From the NCBI GenBank assembly GCA_001642005.1, contig LWCA01000209.1, positions 1 to 40,036 of the forward strand: DNA of 40,036 bases, written 5' to 3'. The stretch comes from Intoshia linei (taxonomy: Eukaryota > Animalia > Orthonectida). Shown piece after piece: positions 30,007 to 40,036 of this stretch (the first letter of the stretch is position 1; the number at the start of each line of letters is the position of its first letter). The position numbers and the translations under genes are program-made. The notes below the pieces were generated by a model. The model saw nothing but the letters and a program-made list of their open reading frames with translations, was not told the origin of the DNA and did not search any database.

Positions 30007-32790
30007 CTTATTCGACAAAAGCTACACATATAAAAAATTTGATCTGCACGTTATAACTTCATCATCACATTATACTATTTTTTGAAATACCAAACACTAA
30101 AAACAATTTAAATTTTGATTTTTGAAAATATAAAATTTGCAGATTCTAAGGTGAAATTGGTTTAATTATCAAAGTTTGATAAATATTCGATATAGGTTAA
30201 GTTGTATAATTAATTTGAATAATTTTTAATTTTTGTTACTTTAAAAAATTATGATATATTAACTGGAAACAATTTTCACCATGGTTTGAGTTCATATATC
30301 AAACTTCAATCATTCATTCTGAATTATAGATTTTTTAAATTGAGTAATGTAACTAACGCATAAAATATTGATTATTTATAAATTATATTAAAAATATTAA
30401 GTTATAATTTTATAATTACACTAACAATTAATTTTCAATTTTTGTTTGCACCCAGGCAAAATGAACAGTATCTGAATGATTATTTTTAATTTTAAGTATG
30501 AGTTAATATGATGTAGAATCTGATTGTAAATTTTGAATAAATCGACAAAGTGTAGGTGACTTACAAAAAATTATAAAAAAAAAAACAAATGTTTGTGTAA
30601 AATTTAAGTATAAATGAAACTTTCACGTAATTACAAATAATTAATAATAAAGACAAACCTTAAAGCCTTCTCTAAAGACTCTGAAAATGACCAATATTTT
30701 GGTTCGTTAAATTTTTAAATCTGTTGAACAGAAAAGTATCACATCTTGTATATACATAATAATAATGTAATAAATATTTCAGTTTTAACAGGTTTAAACA
30801 TTGTCGACATTCGAGCGAATAACGTCAATACTTTTCACGTGCGTTAAATTTAATCTATGTAACAATTTAACTTAGTTAGATAGTCGTTCCCAGAACAGAA
30901 CCTAGACAACTAGTGGCCACTCCTAAAATGAAAAATAGCTCCTTAAAAAATTTTTGTAAACGAATGTCATATAACCCTATCCATCTCTTAACACTCTTGA
31001 GTTGACATTTTAAATTTAACACACAAATTAGTTGATAATCAAAAAAAAATTTAATGCTCAATTTAGTAAATTATAGCCCCCATTTTAAAAAAATTTAATT
31101 GAGATCCCTCGGTAGAAGGGTCTCGGATACGATACGTTCGACACTGGTAGTTTACCATAATTGTGTTTGAAATTAATAATTTTTTTAATTACGTCATTGA
31201 AGCTACCATGTCAAAATGAATGTTAAATTTTCGAATTAAGGAGGAATATATAATAAAAAAATATAAATATTACCTTAGTGACGTGTTCAGGATTAAGGGG
31301 ATTTTTTTTTGTGACAAGTGGTCCATAGTGGAAAAAGTTTGGAAAGCACTGGTATAAGTTGAGTAAAGAGATAAATTAAAAAATAAGAAATTTTAAATTT
31401 GATTATTACAATGTTCATCATAGTGAGTTTTTATGGGACAATAAATATTGAAAATTTTGGCTGCTGAAATTTTCCTAAGATCTTGCTGATGGCTCTTTAG
31501 TCTTCTTTTGACAAAATCTGATACGTAAAGTCCTAGTTTACATGCATTATATATACAACTATTAACTAATAATATACAAGCTTACGTTAAAAATTAACTT
31601 TATTGACCACATAACTTGTTTTTTACTTAATAGTACGATTTTGGCACAGTTCCAAAAACTTTTTTTTAAAAACATGACATATACAGTATAAAAATTATAA
31701 TATATTGTAATTGCATCTGATGAATGATACCTGTGATTCATACTTTATTCCCATTGTCTTTGACTTAATAACGAATTATCAGAGGTTAAAGCCCATATGC
31801 TAGTTTATGGAGTGATTGTTCCTTACTATCCTCACAATATTATAATAATGCAAAACCTTAATTGGTAAACCAACCAAAGATATTGCTTCTAATTTTTTTT
31901 TGGCTGTGCACCTGTAGATTGATTAACATCAAATTTACTTTTAATTAATCATAATTTACCAATAATTATTGGTTTTTATAATTATTAACGATTTAACGAT
32001 ATCAATTTGTCAAATCTTATTCAATTAAATATAACTGCTGACAATATAAACGGCAATTATATCCTTGTGTGACACGATTCAATATAACAAACGATTTTTA
32101 AATTGTATTAATTTTTAGAAATAATAAATTGGTATTTTTTAACAATAAAATAGAATTATATTCACACACGAAACATACATTAAACACTGCTAGAGTCACA
32201 TTATCTAATCCATTAGTTATATGAAGTCAATTAATTTAAATATAGGTTAGGCACGGTATCTAAATTGGTTATAACATTGAAATAATAGAGCGTTTAAAAA
32301 AATATTTATAATTTTGAAGTGTGTAATCGACTTTCCTACTTAACTATGTATTGATTTAACATAAAAACTAAAAAATTACGGTTTTGAGTTTATAGTGAAT
32401 ATTAGCAACTATTTCTAATAAAGTGACATAATTCTAGATGAAAAATTATAGATTTTACCATATCATACCTGTTTAGTCAAATTTATCGATATTGTTTCCA
32501 ATTTAATGCAATCTTTAAATTTCATTAAAATCCAAGTAAGCTTGAACTAAACTTAAAGTTGCAAATATCAAAAATCCTTAGCATATTCAGACTTGTAGTA
32601 TTTATAGCAATATTTTATATTTGATTTATTTCATTAACGATTAGAGCAGATAATGGAATATAAATTTGTTGCCATCATTTTTCAGATAACAAATTGAAAA
32701 TATTCTAGTGAATCTCACAGCGTTTACTCACATATAAATAACGTACATAACATTGCGTTAATTTGAAAAATACTGTAAAAGTTTGTCTAA

Positions 32791-37546
<4,756 letters not shown>

Positions 37547-37861
37547 TAGTGTCAATAACTTACTCTCGATTTTATTTTAATTTGCGTTGAAGTATATTTA
37601 TTAATTAAAACATAAAAATTTATTTTTATACATTTTTTTGATTTCAACTTGTGTATTATAATTATGTCATGTACAATGTACAAAGTTTAGAATCTAGTTA
37701 ATATCCAAGATAATCGATATAAAATACACAACTTTTTTATTTTGATTAATAAAATTATCAAATTTTTCTGGTAGTCGCATTGTTTAAGTAGAATGATACA
37801 TTATGATGAAACAATAAACCTGGTTTTCTGGTATTAAATTTATTTACAAAACAATAATGAA

Positions 37862-38928
37862 TTATTTGTCAGGTTCAGAACAATCTGAAAATTCCATTAT
37901 TTTGTCTTCCAAGTGATTTAAATTAAGAATCATTTTATATTCCATTTCTTTCCATTGATTAAAATTAAATATTATATATGTGCCTTCGGCGTTATTTTGA
38001 CTCACAGCTTGATCGCTATCTCTTCTCTTAATCCAACAACGTTCTTCCTTGTGAAATCTCCAACCATTTGAAAACCTTTAGGAAATATTTCAATAAATAC
38101 TATTTTAAGGCGTATAATAATTACAATTGCCTGGCAGCAACAATTTGTACGGTTTGTAGTGGAAAGGCGTAAAATATGAAAAATAATGTGTCCTCTTTCA
38201 TATATTTATAACTTGGAGGTACAACTTTGCCTTCAGCCAAGAGATTGGTCATGTAATCTAATGGAACTCGATAATCTGAAAATTAATGTAAAATTTTAAT
38301 AAAAGTCTAGTTTACCCAATTCTTGAGCCGGAATATTTGTTTGACAAAATAAGGCTGAGTTTATTGGATTTCTGCAGATAAAAATAATATAAAATATAAA
38401 TGTAGGGTTAAAAGAATTAAAGTGAACTGGTTAATTGACTAAGAATTTGGTGTTTTTTAATTAAATACGACTAATAACGACATACATACAGTTTTAAAAA
38501 TATACCAAGTCTTACTACAAGTTTTATGAAAAAAATTACTTGGTTTTTTCTTTATAAAAATTTTCATCGTTAAAAAGACGCGATTTGCTGCTCATTTCAT
38601 CTGAAAGATTCCAGAGCATAAACATTGCAGCCAAACCATATTGATCTGATTGTAGAGACGCAGGAATATTATTGAGTATACCTAAGTTATCATGTAAATT
38701 AAAACCAAATTATATATAACCATCTTCCAGATTGTTTGATTTATCTTTATGTGAGGCCTACAAGAAATTTAATGTGGTCAAATAAATACATTACGTTTTG
38801 TCTAGTCTTTTCAATGTGCGCTAAATAAAATTTTAAATAATTATTTAAACTGTTTCTCGTTAAATTCTACCATTATAGTCTTTCAGCGCAGGAAAATCAT
38901 CCTGATGCATTTTAAAACCAGAATTCAT
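37862..38928 (-). CDS. CNOT2: CCR4-NOT subunit 2 (NOT2), 227 aa; exons 38928-38871, 38820-38795, 38757-38721, 38681-38540, 38371-38316, 38275-38125, 38075-37862
   Basis: QDDFPAL, NIPASLQSDQYGL, DYRVPLDYMTN, EDTLFFIFY, AARQLFSNGWRFHKEERCWI, GTYIIFNFNQW; open spliced frame. The start codon is uncertain. Confidence 0.88.
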
Positions 38929-38979
38929 TTTAAATCTGTAAAATAATTACTAATAAAGTTTACGCGTATAGTTATATCT

Positions 38980-39395
38980 ATGGTAGTTTTACTTATGGAA
39001 GAAACTAATATACAATCAAACTTGACGAGAGGCCGAAATGTTTCTTTTCAAGTTATCGAAGCAATTAAAAATCAAAATTTTGATTCAAGTTCAACATTGA
39101 GTGCAAATAACTTGAAAACATGGAAAATTATTCAAAGTCTATGTGATCCACAAAATGTCTATTTATGGGTATGGTTTTTTGAAAACATTTTTGATTAATG
39201 TAACTTGATAAACGTATTTCTCTTTTACTTTTATGTTATGTAATTATTGATTATATAATTATTTATTCAAATTTCAAAGGTTTTCTTAAAATGCTTTGTC
39301 AAAATAATCATAATTTTTCATTTTAATTAGTTTCAACTCTACGAAATGGAATGCTACGATAAATCATTCTTTAAAAAAGAATTAATGGAAAAAAT
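38980..39395 (+). CDS. Possible first exons of an unidentified gene divergent from CNOT2
   Basis: ORF 38980/38995 to a GTATGG donor near 39169; in-phase exon-like 39331-39395 (FQLYEMECYDKSFFKKELMEK). No recognised homology, and downstream exons could not be joined. Confidence 0.3.
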
Positions 39396-40036
39396 GTAAT
39401 CATTTCTTATTTATTGATATATTTAATGTAATAAAGAGTGAAGTCTACCCGGTGGAAGCATCAGCATATCCAGTTGCATTAGTGATGCATATTATAAATA
39501 TATTCTCGAAAAAACACAAAGCAATTAATGGATAAAACACGATGTAGATAAGATATACGAATATTAGTTAACCAATATTTTAAACAGATGTACAATATTG
39601 AATAAGTTATTCATGAAGTATCCGTTATTAAAGTAAACCAATATAACATGTGAACTATATTCGATATTGCTAATCTATTGAAAATATTCATTATCAACAT
39701 TCATATATTACTAGCTCATACTTATCTTGTTTTATCTAATTATTAGATTGTAATGAGATATAATAATTAATTTATTGGTATACAAAAATTATAAATTTAA
39801 GTTGTTCACAGAATCTATTTGTAAAAGTGCGGTTGTCTAATTTGTGTAAATAAGAGTATAAATAAAGTCAGATATGTACATAAGAGATATAGCAACGCTA
39901 CACCTTCCCTCCAGGATAAGTGGTGAGAGGAAAAAAAGAATTTTTCTTAATTATCAGAATCATATTTATCATATATTTTGTCTTTTTTAAGATATGAGGG
40001 TGTTTTAATTTGACGCGATGGTCTTGAATTTGGATT

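Larger units (their letters stand above)
27900..30400 (+). pseudogene. Decayed LRR-like gene, copy 3, broken by insertions (28285-~29330 and 29745-30006)
   Basis: 28215-28284 is clearly homologous to 23227-23297 (GGAATT(T/C)ATGTTATTTATGA..GATTG(G/T)ACTGTTT(T/A)TACTTTATT). LRR-like pieces such as KIKKLQNINI occur after 29500. Confidence 0.4.

Overview
Very AT-rich eukaryotic (animal-type) genomic DNA with tiny spliceosomal introns (36-50 nt) alongside introns swollen by transposons. The species cannot be determined; the style fits a reduced animal genome such as an orthonectid, but this is unverified. Host genes reconstructed by hand with GT-AG sites and open frames: last exon of a LIV-1-type ZIP zinc transporter (+), RPF1 (-, 7 exons), U2A'/SNRPA1 (+, head-to-head with RPF1), two tandem PKA catalytic-subunit paralogs (+), and a short CNOT2 (-). 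The main finding is a decayed endogenous rhabdovirus-like nucleoprotein gene (~1890-3170) inside the 6.5-kb RPF1 intron. It lies among LTR gag, Tigger/pogo, Harbinger and Tc1 relics, most of them antisense to RPF1. Other features are an intron-bearing Tc1 whose intron carries cargo, a decayed family of LRR-like genes, many hAT MITEs with 8-bp TSDs, Helitron-like repeats and a tRNA-like relic. Comparisons to known proteins are from memory and by eye; no searches were run.
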